A stretch of 64,000 nucleotides of DNA from a virus, in the IMG/VR virus record IMGVR_UViG_3300024336_000001, positions 24,850-88,849 of that record; one strand, 5' to 3'. Positions 46,601 to 56,002 of the stretch are shown one piece after another. The notes beneath the pieces are model-generated. The model had not been told where the DNA came from. It saw only the letters and a list, made by a program, of their open reading frames with translations, and did no database searches. The first letter of the stretch is position 1, and each line of letters opens with the position of its first letter. The position numbers were made by a program, and so were the translations under genes.

Positions 46601-47363
46601 CATTCCCAAAAGAATCTGGCTCAAGCATAATGTCTTTGATGATATCTTCTGCAAGTAAGCCTTTTTTGAAATAGTAATAGCTTGCCTTAACATCAAAATC
46701 CTCAACATTAATAACCTGATTTAAAGCAACCTGCCCGGATTTATATACAATTTCAAACCCGTCAGTTGTAGTTTTTGCAACATTTGAGCTGCCCTTTTCG
46801 GTAATTTGTACTGTAGGCGGTGGCAAGTTTGCCCAGGCTGCGTAATTGCCATCAAAAACTTGCGCCAAATGATCCCTTGGCTCTTCTAATGTGTTTGGGG
46901 TTAATAAATCATTTTCAATAAAATCTTTGTCCGGGCTTTCAAATACTTTCTCAATATCGGTTTCCTGGAGCTTAATTAATGAATCATAGCAGGTGATTTC
47001 AACTTCATTTCCCGAAGACTTTTTAACGGGATTAATCTGCTTTACTGTCCCGTAAAATCGCTCAAACTTAATTGATGAATATTCATCAAAATACTCTTTT
47101 ATAGTAAGTGTATAACCCCTCTTAATAATGGCAAATTCATTGTCTGGCGAAAAAGCCCCTGTTGTATTTTTTACAACTATTGTGGCTGTTGAAGATTGAA
47201 ATTTACGACTTAGACTAAATGAATAATTTTTTATGGAATTTAGGTACTGGGAATCATTTACTACATTGCCATCTAAGTCACGTATCTCAAAATAAACACT
47301 TTTGGTGACATTTTTTTTATTGATGATATTGTCAATAATCGCTTGCGATAACTTTTTTGGCAC
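43659..47363 (-). CDS. Baseplate hub / Tal-like tail protein
   Basis: Follows distal-tail gene; ATIVVKN, EITCYD motifs; C-terminal ARDLLAEY...VGQTARL. Confidence 0.65.
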   Translation of the reverse strand: MPKKLSQAIIDNIINKKNVTKSVYFEIRDLDGNVVNDSQYLNSIKNYSFSLSRKFQSSTATIVVKNTTGAFSPDNEFAIIKRGYTLTIKEYFDEYSSIKFERFYGTVKQINPVKKSSGNEVEITCYDSLIKLQETDIEKVFESPDKDFIENDLLTPNTLEEPRDHLAQVFDGNYAAWANLPPPTVQITEKGSSNVAKTTTDGFEIVYKSGQVALNQVINVEDFDVKASYYYFKKGLLAEDIIKDIMLEPDSFGNDVFTLAELSSSLSAEEDTSTDSLIPITTPLNLNSQLLVKKGTSDTEVYIPRADSWKFISTYKFKIDSVDFQYNGKSDVTIGGIEMTKLLNVSGSHSAALLRGSKVEAFYDIGDGITTRAWKTTYNNVTDTISSGDFTIPGASFETFDERQGVLLVDTQIVSTTSVTLNKDYNFITLQSTGIEIPYLRLSKAKHANRFEAIKRDLLTLLPPNYVLFTQGTSRVWGKFLAQKPDGKEDYQLKLNKQIQYVTDQEVYSRVFLRGKNNNPRNVMLEETTNILNINEYGLTFNSYATDQPLRIPERGNFRTDYYPFSIYRMESEAWRWTTDSMMIYSSWVEDERTVTPTLKIDGAVLGNQIVRKSRMPVSLESITKTEWGWDFIVKMDPKEKTVNYHVRIPHKNIIPPTNSETSIVFYDVDGNVMNSLSDLVITKANTANMDIHSFDLLQITPYHPEGRKICRVFQAEDHAYFYDWTFIKSFVRKIAYVSYSVIMPQQINGKPAWYLKGCYFWIHRDLFSYQIFHNIGDIPDGVDTFQTNYYRGGGSLVLGIYSQITASFRYRSTLARVDEPQNLKDGDSATEAQLLFFNRTSIAGQPAFIIDFQRNLKVQAIDIIAGKFYPHRAYDSGFALDCEFALTLQSSNSTAFATLISDAGPSSTSLKVKWGQTANFPSSGTAFVGDDSFTYTGKTSNSFTGVSGLSETHDIGYEWTTDPETGASHRRNRYALILIDRFSNISQETTNISLKSGDAISITKDQLGDSFECRMIRAVVDHVEPVEYARRVIAYPVSLASFNVFEDVEFEADAKLSATTTLETGFSSPPSTLQVKDTSLFSSSGTAYLGTEKFTYTGKTATTFTGVFGLSEGHYQGAYIAKENVWEEEGLYVRDPNALLKEIGDKVYKQRGISQILTTQEKLNKKARDLLAEYYKNHNKVRIENVFAPYAFVGQTARLTDQYSPSFEIDRNYFIESVVSNNGNYSMELAYYP

Positions 47364-47394
47364 TTTCCCATCCTTTTATGCTAAAATATTTTTA

Positions 47395-47724
47395 ATGCTA
47401 AAACGTTTGTCTTTTATTATTTTCTTGTGTTGTCTAATAAATTTCTATTTAGTTTCTAGCCCAACTTTCGGGCAGGGGAAATACACAACAAAATTCCAGT
47501 TAATCGATGCTCCTCGTGAAGCAGGCGGCGGTTCACATTTCTCAAGACTTAAAGTCCCTGGTGGTTGGCTAGTTAAATATGAGTGTTGGGATGATTCTGC
47601 TAACCCTATGGTTTCCACCATGACCTTTTTACCTGACCCCAACAATGAATGGAAAGTTGAAAGCAAATTTTTAGATCGTGTCAAAAAACTTGAAAAAGAA
47701 AACGCTAAAAAACAAAAAAAGTAA
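47395..47724 (+). CDS. Moron-like secreted protein on the opposite strand inside the tail operon
   Basis: Signal peptide MLKRLSFIIFLCC; RLKVPGGWLV...TFLPDPNNEW; own extended -10 element. Confidence 0.7.
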   Translation: MLKRLSFIIFLCCLINFYLVSSPTFGQGKYTTKFQLIDAPREAGGGSHFSRLKVPGGWLVKYECWDDSANPMVSTMTFLPDPNNEWKVESKFLDRVKKLEKENAKKQKK

Positions 47725-47728
47725 TTCA

Positions 47729-48163
47729 TCATGATATTTGAAATGGTTGAAACATCGCTGTTATTTGATAAAGCTGTTCGTTTCCATCTCGACCAATAAC
47801 CCACTCTGCTACAACATCCCCGATAAGATACCCTTCAACACCAAAGCCCTCGCCAAAAAAATCTCCATCGTATGACTCGCCGCTATCCTTACATTCAACT
47901 TGTAATCCAGTGGCATTATTAATATAGTTTTGTAGTTTTTGTTTTAATTCCGTTCTGTTTTTAAACTGCCATATCCAGGTAATAGGGCTTTTCACAGCTT
48001 TTGTAGATGGCCGCTCCAAACAGTTATCTCCATCCGCAAGCTGTGTAACCACAGTATTGGACTTAACGACCTCCCTAAAATTACGATTTGGAGAAGGAAG
48101 CGTCCCGTCTGAGACAAAAGCTGCACCATTCCACGTATATACATTCCATAAAGTCTCTATCAT
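47729..48163 (-). CDS. Distal tail (Dit-like) protein
   Basis: Immediately after tape measure; size and beta-rich composition. Confidence 0.55.
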   Translation of the reverse strand: MIETLWNVYTWNGAAFVSDGTLPSPNRNFREVVKSNTVVTQLADGDNCLERPSTKAVKSPITWIWQFKNRTELKQKLQNYINNATGLQVECKDSGESYDGDFFGEGFGVEGYLIGDVVAEWVIGRDGNEQLYQITAMFQPFQIS

Positions 48164-51100
48164 GCCTGTGCGCCTCTAACCCCTTCCTCTGATAATGTTT
48201 GCAACACAGCCTCTCCAACACTTTGCGGTGTTATGTCGCCTTCTGCCGCAGAACCATTTAAAATAAAATCACCCTCAAAGATTACTCCTCCAGATGCAGG
48301 GCTTCTGTTTGCTGAAAAATAAAATGAGCTTTGGAGGGCATAGGCCGTAGAATCTTCACGTATCGCCGTGAGATTTCTATTGATATCCCTGAGAATAGTG
48401 TTTGATAAATCCAGCCTAAACGCCACGGCTGGAGCTTCTTCTTTTTCTTCCTCTTTTTTTCCACCAAATAAGCTTCCTAAAAAACCGCCAACAATTCCCC
48501 CAATTCCGGGCAAAATAGCATTACCTATCGCACCGCCCACGGCTCCCATAACTTGACTTGTCTGATCTCCACCTCTAGCGTTTGCCAAAGATGCTCCTGA
48601 CATAGCCCCGGAAAAAACATTACCTAATCCCTTCATAAAGTCAGACCCGCCCCCTGCCTGTGCGCCCTTACCTCCGCCTATAGAGATGTTGCCACCTCCA
48701 CCACCTTCCGGGAAACCAGGCATCCCCATTCCTTCCCGTCCAATTTGGGTTGCGGCCATTTTTCTCGCAACAATATCTCCAAGACTATTAAATAATGGAG
48801 GTAGGCTTGTTTGTAATTTAGTAACCAATAAATCCCCGCCTTTTCCTATCTGGGATTCAACCGTCATCCCGCCAATATCAAACACCCCTAACAACTGATC
48901 CATTAAGTTGTTAAACTGTTTTTCTAAAATAATTTTACCGATAGTATCTCCAACATTGTTTAACGCTTCATCCAGTCGCTTTGCGTTCATCAAGGAATCA
49001 AATAGGGATTGCTTTATTCCATCATTAATCTCTTGCGCCACATCATAGCTAATCTGAGTCAGCGCAAGCATTTCTTCTCTTTGAGCAGACAACAATGTTA
49101 CCCCTTGAGCCTCAAGGGTATTTTTTATTTGCGCCGCCTCATTGTTCCCGGCAGCAAGTTCATTTAAACGAGCTAAATATTCAACTTTTATTCTTGCCCT
49201 CTCTAACTCATTATCTCCTTGAATAACCGCCTGCTCTTGTAAAAACAAAAACTCTTCGGTCAATAATTTTCGTCTTTCTTCTATTGGGATTAGTTTTTCA
49301 CTGAGCACCACTGTCTCTTGAAGCTGCTGATTTAATTTAGCGATCTTTTCTTCTACCGCTTTATATTTTATATCCTGGGTATCTAGTGTTTCTTTGATGT
49401 TTTTTAATGCCGTAACTTCCTGCTCAATATATTTTATTTTTTCTTTTGCAATAACGCTGTTTTTTGAGCCATATGCCTTAAGAATACTTAATCGTTCTTT
49501 TCGCTCCATTTCTATAGCAGCTATTGTGTCTTTATCATTTTTTTTACGCATATCTACTTCTTTGCGAAGTCCTTGTAGCTTCTCATCGTTTAAAGCCTTT
49601 GCTAATTTCACCAAATCTTTTTTGGCATCTTCATCTGCGTACCCCATCGACAATATTTCTTTTTCTGTTTTTTTTCTGGCATCCTCCAAAGACAAAATAA
49701 TTCCATATTCATTTTTTAGCTTGTTTAGTATTTGCTGTACCTTAGTTTTTAAAACAACCTCATCCTTGGTATTTTTTATAGTTAAAGACTCAATTTGATA
49801 CCGATTTCTAAGCTCCCTCAATGAATCCTTTGTGAATTTTGCTATCTCTCTTTTCTTTTTCAGGCTATCATCTTCAATCTCAAGTAGAAGTTTATGTATA
49901 GCCAAAACCTCTTTTTCTGCGCCCACATGCTTAGATGTTTGATTTATAAGCGTTTGCAATAACGTCAGCCTGCGTTTGTTGATGTCTAAATTTTTTGTTA
50001 ATACAAATTTTTGTTCCGAAAGATGTTTAACTGTTGCTGCTCCAACTTTTTTGTTGGTCTGTGCTCTTTTGACAATCTCGGCAATAGCATCATTAACCTG
50101 CGATACCTTAACAAAGATATCTCCATTAACTTGCGCTGCAATCTGGCTCTGCTCTCTGAACTTAGCCATGCTCTCCATAGCTTCACGGATAGATTTTGGT
50201 AAAGCTCCTGGATCTATTTCTACCCCAAAAGCCCCTTTAATAGCCTTCGCTGTGTCGTTAGCCTCTCCCTTTAAAACAGATAAATATTTTTTTTGGACAT
50301 CGATCTGGTGCTTTAATTGATCCAACTTGCTCATATCCTTTTGTAAGGCCGGGCCAATAACGAAAACATCTGATTTCTGCCCACTTATCTCTTTTTCAAC
50401 CCTACGCCTAACCACCTTAGCTATTATTTCTAGCCTTCTTAGTTTTCTTTCTTCATTCTTGATGTTTTCCCCAGCTCTAAACTTAACCATTTTCCCGGCC
50501 AAAGGCTCTATCCCTTTGTTAAACGCCCCAGATAATTTAGATAAAAAGACAAAGGTGTTTTTTAATCCATTAGTAACTCCCAGGATGTCATTTAATAAAA
50601 CAAAGCTTTCACCTAAAGTATTTTTCCATCTAGTAAAAGCCCCCACCAACGTATCTGTTTGTATTTTCGCAAGAACCTCTGCCATATGCTTACTTTCTTC
50701 GGCTGACCTGCCAACGGCATCTTTATATCGCTCCATATTATTTACAATTTGAGCAACTGCACGAGCACCCCTGATACCAAAAGCTTCAATAAGTTCTTTA
50801 AATTCCTCTGTTGAAACCCCACCCTCTTTTATTTGCTCTGCAACCTGAGTAATCACTTCATTGAATTTCAAGGGTTTGGTTGGGTCAAAAGAGACATTAA
50901 ATGTAGTTTTTAATTTATCTGCGTTCTTAGCAAGCTGGATAGTGGCATTCATCAAGGCCGTACCCGCCCGTGTTCCTTTTAGCATACCGGTATTAAGGAA
51001 GCCCAAAGTACCAACAAGCTCATTAAAATCAACATCTAAAAGAGAAACTGCACTGGCCGCAATCCTAAACCCTGCCTCTAATTCAGAAAGCTCTATCTGC

Positions 51101-51837
51101 TGTCTTGAAAAAGTATCGGCCACCGTATCTGCAATGGCCCTGAATTTTTCTAAGTCGGTTTCGGCATTGCCAAGTTTTTCAGAAAAAACATTAAAGGATC
51201 CAGCAACAAGTTTGGCCGTAAATTCCATATCTCCCAAAGTGCCAACCACTAAATCTGATACAGGCTTTATTGATGCTATTTGCTGAGAAACTGTAAGCCC
51301 TGCGGATCCGGCAGCATAAGCAGCTACCGTAATCTCCTGAAAAGATTTTTTGGTTTCTTTTGCTACACTAAAAACTTCTTTACGGATCTCCCATAATGCA
51401 GAGGCTAACGTTTGAGATGTCGCCCTCGTGACTGTAGCAACTCTAGCCATAGCCTCTTCAAGCTCAACTATCGATTTAACCAAATCAAACACAAAAGCCT
51501 GAACCTTAACAATCGCTGCTGTCAGTGTTACAAATAAGCTAATCTTTCCGGCAAGTTTACCTATAGATTCTCCAAACACAGTAAAGCCTTTGGCTGTTTT
51601 TTTTGTTTTCTCGGCCTCATCATTTACTTTTTTTAATGCTGCCTTCGCCTTATTTGCATTGGCCGCTGCCTTATCCAATGGCTTAAACGTTTTGTCCAGG
51701 CCCGGACCTAAATTTCTGATCCTTGCCAATGATTTTTCTATGCGCTCTAAATGTGCAGAGATCCTTTTAAGCCGATCCTCGCCTTTTGATCCGATCTCAA
51801 AATCTAGTTTAATTAAATCCTGGAAGCGTTTACCCAT
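48160..51837 (-). CDS. Tail tape measure protein
   Basis: TP901-type core (LGFLNTGMLKGTRAGTAL, EAFGIRGA), long coiled coil, Gly-rich C-terminus; GGAGG before ATG 51837. Confidence 0.92.
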   Translation of the reverse strand: MGKRFQDLIKLDFEIGSKGEDRLKRISAHLERIEKSLARIRNLGPGLDKTFKPLDKAAANANKAKAALKKVNDEAEKTKKTAKGFTVFGESIGKLAGKISLFVTLTAAIVKVQAFVFDLVKSIVELEEAMARVATVTRATSQTLASALWEIRKEVFSVAKETKKSFQEITVAAYAAGSAGLTVSQQIASIKPVSDLVVGTLGDMEFTAKLVAGSFNVFSEKLGNAETDLEKFRAIADTVADTFSRQQIELSELEAGFRIAASAVSLLDVDFNELVGTLGFLNTGMLKGTRAGTALMNATIQLAKNADKLKTTFNVSFDPTKPLKFNEVITQVAEQIKEGGVSTEEFKELIEAFGIRGARAVAQIVNNMERYKDAVGRSAEESKHMAEVLAKIQTDTLVGAFTRWKNTLGESFVLLNDILGVTNGLKNTFVFLSKLSGAFNKGIEPLAGKMVKFRAGENIKNEERKLRRLEIIAKVVRRRVEKEISGQKSDVFVIGPALQKDMSKLDQLKHQIDVQKKYLSVLKGEANDTAKAIKGAFGVEIDPGALPKSIREAMESMAKFREQSQIAAQVNGDIFVKVSQVNDAIAEIVKRAQTNKKVGAATVKHLSEQKFVLTKNLDINKRRLTLLQTLINQTSKHVGAEKEVLAIHKLLLEIEDDSLKKKREIAKFTKDSLRELRNRYQIESLTIKNTKDEVVLKTKVQQILNKLKNEYGIILSLEDARKKTEKEILSMGYADEDAKKDLVKLAKALNDEKLQGLRKEVDMRKKNDKDTIAAIEMERKERLSILKAYGSKNSVIAKEKIKYIEQEVTALKNIKETLDTQDIKYKAVEEKIAKLNQQLQETVVLSEKLIPIEERRKLLTEEFLFLQEQAVIQGDNELERARIKVEYLARLNELAAGNNEAAQIKNTLEAQGVTLLSAQREEMLALTQISYDVAQEINDGIKQSLFDSLMNAKRLDEALNNVGDTIGKIILEKQFNNLMDQLLGVFDIGGMTVESQIGKGGDLLVTKLQTSLPPLFNSLGDIVARKMAATQIGREGMGMPGFPEGGGGGNISIGGGKGAQAGGGSDFMKGLGNVFSGAMSGASLANARGGDQTSQVMGAVGGAIGNAILPGIGGIVGGFLGSLFGGKKEEEKEEAPAVAFRLDLSNTILRDINRNLTAIREDSTAYALQSSFYFSANRSPASGGVIFEGDFILNGSAAEGDITPQSVGEAVLQTLSEEGVRGAQA

Positions 51838-52322
51838 TATGCAACCTCCCAAGTAAGCAGCAGCTCATTCGTCAAGGTAAGTAATACTTGATAAAACTCT
51901 TCTGTGTGTGCGGGAATAGGTGCAGATAAAATGTTCTTACTAAGTCCTTTTTTTCCTAAGTGATAACCAGCTTTTCTAAAAGCATAATCAAGCCTTCCGA
52001 CATATCTTGATAGTTTTAAAGCTCCGCCTGTTGCATCATCGGTTGTGATACGAAAAGACCAAGTAAGTGCCTTCGTTTCTCCACGCACAGGATTTAAACC
52101 AACTGTATCTACTCCGCCTTTTTTATGTCCGTCTCCACCAGCTATTTGAAAAAATATTTGTGGCTTCGACAAAGGATTGTTTAGCTTTCTGTCTATAATT
52201 TCTATATCCGCATCAAAGCCAGCCGCTTCATTAAAAAATTCTGTTAAAAACTCATTCATTAAAACCAAGGCGGTTTCAACATAATTATCAGGATCAATAA
52301 CGTTAATAAGAGGTAATGTCAT
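51837..52322 (-). CDS. Tail terminator/completion-like protein
   Basis: Position and size; PQIFF motif. Confidence 0.5.
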   Translation of the reverse strand: MTLPLINVIDPDNYVETALVLMNEFLTEFFNEAAGFDADIEIIDRKLNNPLSKPQIFFQIAGGDGHKKGGVDTVGLNPVRGETKALTWSFRITTDDATGGALKLSRYVGRLDYAFRKAGYHLGKKGLSKNILSAPIPAHTEEFYQVLLTLTNELLLTWEVA

Positions 52323-52795
52323 CTAAGCATCCCCCTTATTACAGCCTTATAATAATCAGAAGAAAATCGCTTACCAAAAACATTTAGCCAGCCGCTTGGA
52401 CTATAATAAAAATCACGCCTAGGGTAGCCCTCAACTGGGTATACAGAAGTTATCCCTTCAATTACCAACATCGGGTAATACTGATGATTGCTATTTGGTC
52501 TATCCATTTCCAAAGAATTCGTTAAAGGTATGTGAAGAGTAAATTTATGCCTATCTAATTGACTTACAAGCACTGCATTAAATAGGTTGAATGTCCTTTG
52601 ATATTCTTTTGGCTGGTAGGCTCTATAAACCTCATCCAAAACAATCTCTTGCGCTCTTGTCCTATACTCAGTTCTTTTTTGGTTCAAAAATGAACGAACT
52701 GTACCGTCCCTTTTAAAATTGCGGATATTTTTTGCAAGTTTGCGATATTTTTTAAAAACTCTGCCAGCATTGCTGCTCACCTTTACATTAATCAC
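52319..52795 (-). CDS. Neck/tail-completion protein (HK97 gp10-like)
   Basis: YQRTFNLFNA, YPRRDF motifs; basic. Confidence 0.55.
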   Translation of the reverse strand: MINVKVSSNAGRVFKKYRKLAKNIRNFKRDGTVRSFLNQKRTEYRTRAQEIVLDEVYRAYQPKEYQRTFNLFNAVLVSQLDRHKFTLHIPLTNSLEMDRPNSNHQYYPMLVIEGITSVYPVEGYPRRDFYYSPSGWLNVFGKRFSSDYYKAVIRGMLR

Positions 52796-53253
52796 GCACC
52801 GACCTCCTCTTTAATGCCTGAGCGGCCTTTGATCCGTGAGCAAATTAATGTTTGAAAAATATGGTCATCTCCTATGGATGTTGTTAATATTTCTTGCTGC
52901 TCCGGGGAAAAAATAATAGGGTAATAATCCACTTCAAGATGAGTTACAACTAATTCCGGCTTGCTTAAATCTTCACCTCTACTAAACCGGAAAATAACAT
53001 CGCCAATTTTTATATCGCCAAAGTCATAGGTAGAAATCGTTGCCGGAGTAATAATAATTTTTTCTGCTTTAATCCATTCTTTTACAGCTCTTTTATCTTC
53101 ACCGCCGTCATGCTGTTTAAATAAGTCGTTAAAAGCTCCTCCCGTATTCCCTACTTTCCAGCTCAGAGTTACTGTGGCTGCCTGGGCACTAAAAAGGAAT
53201 CTTCCTTCGTCTCTTAATATTTTTGCTTTTGCTAATTTCGTTAAAAAGCTCAC
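52792..53253 (-). CDS. Head-closure-like protein
   Basis: Position and size; GTG start overlapping upstream stop. Confidence 0.45.
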   Translation of the reverse strand: MSFLTKLAKAKILRDEGRFLFSAQAATVTLSWKVGNTGGAFNDLFKQHDGGEDKRAVKEWIKAEKIIITPATISTYDFGDIKIGDVIFRFSRGEDLSKPELVVTHLEVDYYPIIFSPEQQEILTTSIGDDHIFQTLICSRIKGRSGIKEEVGA

Positions 53254-53522
53254 CTTACTTTTCTCCTTTGAGTTGTTTGCCTTGGCTCTGGCGGCGGCTG
53301 TCTATGTATCCACTCCGAATAATATGCCTCTGTTAGGTGCATAATTTCTGTGGTGGCAAGCATTTCCGCTCTAGTTTTCTTATCTTTTCTAAAAAACTCG
53401 TCTGGAGGGATTCCCCACTCTTTTGCTGTGCGTAGCTGAATGTAATAAAAGCTAAAGGTTAGCGGTGGAACTCGTTTGCTAGGTTTCCAACCCCGGAGTT
53501 CCTTCGGGGTTAATTCTCCTTT
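53250..53522 (-). CDS. -1 frame extension of tail assembly chaperone (GT-like; not in ORF track)
   Basis: Open -1 frame KGELTP...LRTAKEWGIPPDEFF...RRKVR fills the gap exactly; A_AAG slip site plus hairpin. Confidence 0.8.
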   Translation of the reverse strand, partial: KGELTPKELRGWKPSKRVPPLTFSFYYIQLRTAKEWGIPPDEFFRKDKKTRAEMLATTEIMHLTEAYYSEWIHRQPPPEPRQTTQRRKVR

Positions 53523-53971
53523 AGCGCATCTACTTCTGCTGGAAGTAAACTGCTGATTCTTAATATTTCCAGTGTTAAATTTTCTATACTTCCTGCGGAT
53601 CCTTTCTTAAGAAAGTTCCATTTATCACGATCCGTTTCGCCAGGGATATTGTGTCCATCTGGATCTACCAACCCAAACTCAAGAATTTTTAAGGCTCTCT
53701 TTATTTCAACTTCCTCTAACTGTTTTGAATAACTTTCTGCGTCATAATCCGGTTCGTGTTGCGGTTTCCCTTGAATAATAATCGGAGATCCATCCTGTTT
53801 TGTTTTTACTTTCATCGGCGGAACCGGGGCAGGAATATTTTTAATCAAATCGTATTCCTCACCATCTAGTTCCTGTATTACAAAGCTCCGGCCACCAATG
53901 ACCACACTTTGCTTGTTTTTAACTGACCAATTATCCCAACTGCTTTTTTCTTGATTTTGTTGCTTATTCAT
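53510..53971 (-). CDS. Tail assembly chaperone (G-like)
   Basis: AAGGAG RBS before ATG 53971; follows tube-like gene; ends at slippery site. Confidence 0.75.
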   Translation of the reverse strand: MNKQQNQEKSSWDNWSVKNKQSVVIGGRSFVIQELDGEEYDLIKNIPAPVPPMKVKTKQDGSPIIIQGKPQHEPDYDAESYSKQLEEVEIKRALKILEFGLVDPDGHNIPGETDRDKWNFLKKGSAGSIENLTLEILRISSLLPAEVDALKEN

Positions 53972-53975
53972 AGCT

Positions 53976-54812
53976 TTACTCCTTTGTAAATGTGTCTTTA
54001 AATGTCGTTGTGTAAGAAAATTCACTCACACTATTTTGGTTATCTTGGTTTCCTATGTTCTCCGAATCTAGGGAGCAGCCAATCAAATTAAAGCCGTCCT
54101 CTTGAAACGTTTCTGGCATAGAATAAAAAACCCTTATCGAATATTCTTTGTCTCCTTCCTTTAGTCTCCTGTCATAATCTAAATCAGCTAAAAATGCTGA
54201 AAAAGCTATCTGAGTGTCTTCAGAGAGCTTTATTTTCTTTTTATATTTTGTTCTGAACTGTGGAACGCTGGCCTTTTGTATCCTTGTGTTCATCCTTAAA
54301 GATTGCACGAAAAGAAGCTCTGCTCTGTCAAATTCCTGGTAAACAGTTTCGCCTTTAGTGTGGCTTCCTAAACCACTCACCCCTTTCAAAATATTTCCCT
54401 CTCTTGAGGTGTATGCAAAAGCGTCTTGTCCTACAATCGCCGAATACGAACCTGAAAGAATCCCATCAAAAGTAGCTGCATCAAGTAAAGTAAGATCTCC
54501 TGACCCTGCATATTTCTGAGCTATTACAGACCGCCGCCTTTGCTTGATATCTTTTGCCACAGAAAACTTTAAATCTGTCCCAGCCACAACGTTTCTATCT
54601 AAAGTTAATTGCGTCTCAAGGGTAGGGTTTGATGCAACAGTAAAAAATCCTTTACCTATAACAAAAACCCTATCCCCGGAAACGACACCTTGACTTATAA
54701 ACTTCGCTTTGGCAGAGGTTAAAACAGTGTTGCCGGTAGCAACGCCATCCGCCTGAAGCTCAACCTCTTCATAGATGCTCAAGTAAACATCATTTAATGA
54801 ATGCACTTGCAT
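53976..54812 (-). CDS. Tail tube-like protein 2 with inserted beta domains
   Basis: C-terminal tube-like pattern (FNLIGCSLDSENIG...EFSY); directly precedes chaperone. Confidence 0.5.
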   Translation of the reverse strand: MQVHSLNDVYLSIYEEVELQADGVATGNTVLTSAKAKFISQGVVSGDRVFVIGKGFFTVASNPTLETQLTLDRNVVAGTDLKFSVAKDIKQRRRSVIAQKYAGSGDLTLLDAATFDGILSGSYSAIVGQDAFAYTSREGNILKGVSGLGSHTKGETVYQEFDRAELLFVQSLRMNTRIQKASVPQFRTKYKKKIKLSEDTQIAFSAFLADLDYDRRLKEGDKEYSIRVFYSMPETFQEDGFNLIGCSLDSENIGNQDNQNSVSEFSYTTTFKDTFTKE

Positions 54813-54827
54813 TAACGATGCTCCTTA

Positions 54828-55166
54828 CTAGCTTTCCAATACGTCTTCTGCATCTGCAAATTCCGGTAGAGTCTTTAGATAGTTGTACGCATTTTTTATC
54901 AAATTCGCATCAACCGCATCCATAGCCGCTATTGAAAAATTGTCTGCAAATGGAGTTACTGGGGTTTCCCCCTCTGCCACGTCTTGAGAAACGTGAAGGT
55001 TGTGCTCCGAAACTTTAATTGGCTGCGCTTGCTCTTTTGCGGTATATGCCCCCAAAAGCAAACAAACCCTTTGCTCGTTTATTATGTCTACACGCATAAT
55101 CTTGTAATAAGCATCCGTGATCGATAATCCGGTGTTATTGTCTACATACGTTTGTTTTAATCCCAT
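54828..55166 (-). CDS. Conserved small phage virion-associated protein
   Basis: AYYKI...AYNYLKTLPEFADAEDV motif. Confidence 0.6.
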   Translation of the reverse strand: MGLKQTYVDNNTGLSITDAYYKIMRVDIINEQRVCLLLGAYTAKEQAQPIKVSEHNLHVSQDVAEGETPVTPFADNFSIAAMDAVDANLIKNAYNYLKTLPEFADAEDVLES

Positions 55167-55180
55167 GCTAAACTCCCTTC

Positions 55181-56002
55181 TTAAATGATAAACATTTCTC
55201 TAAAATTCCCATCAGCGTCCATAGTTCCATCAGCACCATCGCCACCAAATGAAACCGGAACGTTTAACCGGGATTTTGAGAAGAAATAAGTCTCTGCTAT
55301 TTCAGCACTGCCATCTTCTGTGATATCCAGCTTGATAGTCACATCTCTATCCCTTAAAAACTGAAGGGATCCTCCAAACACAGTGTAAAACTGGCTTATG
55401 TTCAGCGTGTTTTCTGCACGTTGTCTCTTGTAATGATCTACGGCTTCATACTTCAAAGGAATTGCACGAGAAGTCGTGCCTTTGTTCCAGCCAAATCCGT
55501 TATCAAATTTGATTAAGCCACCTTTGCCTGGCGTTGAGTAATCCGCTTGTTGTGGAACCATTAATAATTTAAACTTCGTTCCTACTGTAATGGAGTGGTT
55601 TGCTGGTTGAGTTCCTTTAACAAGTACACTTGTTACGGTCTTCCATTTCTTACCGACTGCCGCTTCAGGGACTACTATGCCTTGGTCTACTTGAGTCCTG
55701 GCGGGAATTGTTACCTCTTGTGTAGCTGCCGCATCATCTTCATCAGTACCTACAACCTCAAGAACCACCGGCTCATCTCCTTGCGCCCTGGCATTTACCT
55801 TCACATACAAATTATCTCCATATGTACCACCAACAAGAGCTGCTTGGTTTTCGGCTGACATTTCCGTGACCTTATCAGCATAATCACCGGCATCGGTTCC
55901 ATCATCATCAACCAACAACTCCCCGATTATCCCTAGTTCTCTGAATGTGTAATACAAAAGACCTTCATTTTGGTTTTTTACACTCACTGTCATCTTAATC
56001 AC
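55181..56002 (-). CDS. Major tail tube-like protein 1
   Basis: Acidic, beta-rich; C-terminal DVTIKLDI...ETYFFSK...DGTMDADG. Confidence 0.5.
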   Translation of the reverse strand: MIKMTVSVKNQNEGLLYYTFRELGIIGELLVDDDGTDAGDYADKVTEMSAENQAALVGGTYGDNLYVKVNARAQGDEPVVLEVVGTDEDDAAATQEVTIPARTQVDQGIVVPEAAVGKKWKTVTSVLVKGTQPANHSITVGTKFKLLMVPQQADYSTPGKGGLIKFDNGFGWNKGTTSRAIPLKYEAVDHYKRQRAENTLNISQFYTVFGGSLQFLRDRDVTIKLDITEDGSAEIAETYFFSKSRLNVPVSFGGDGADGTMDADGNFREMFII

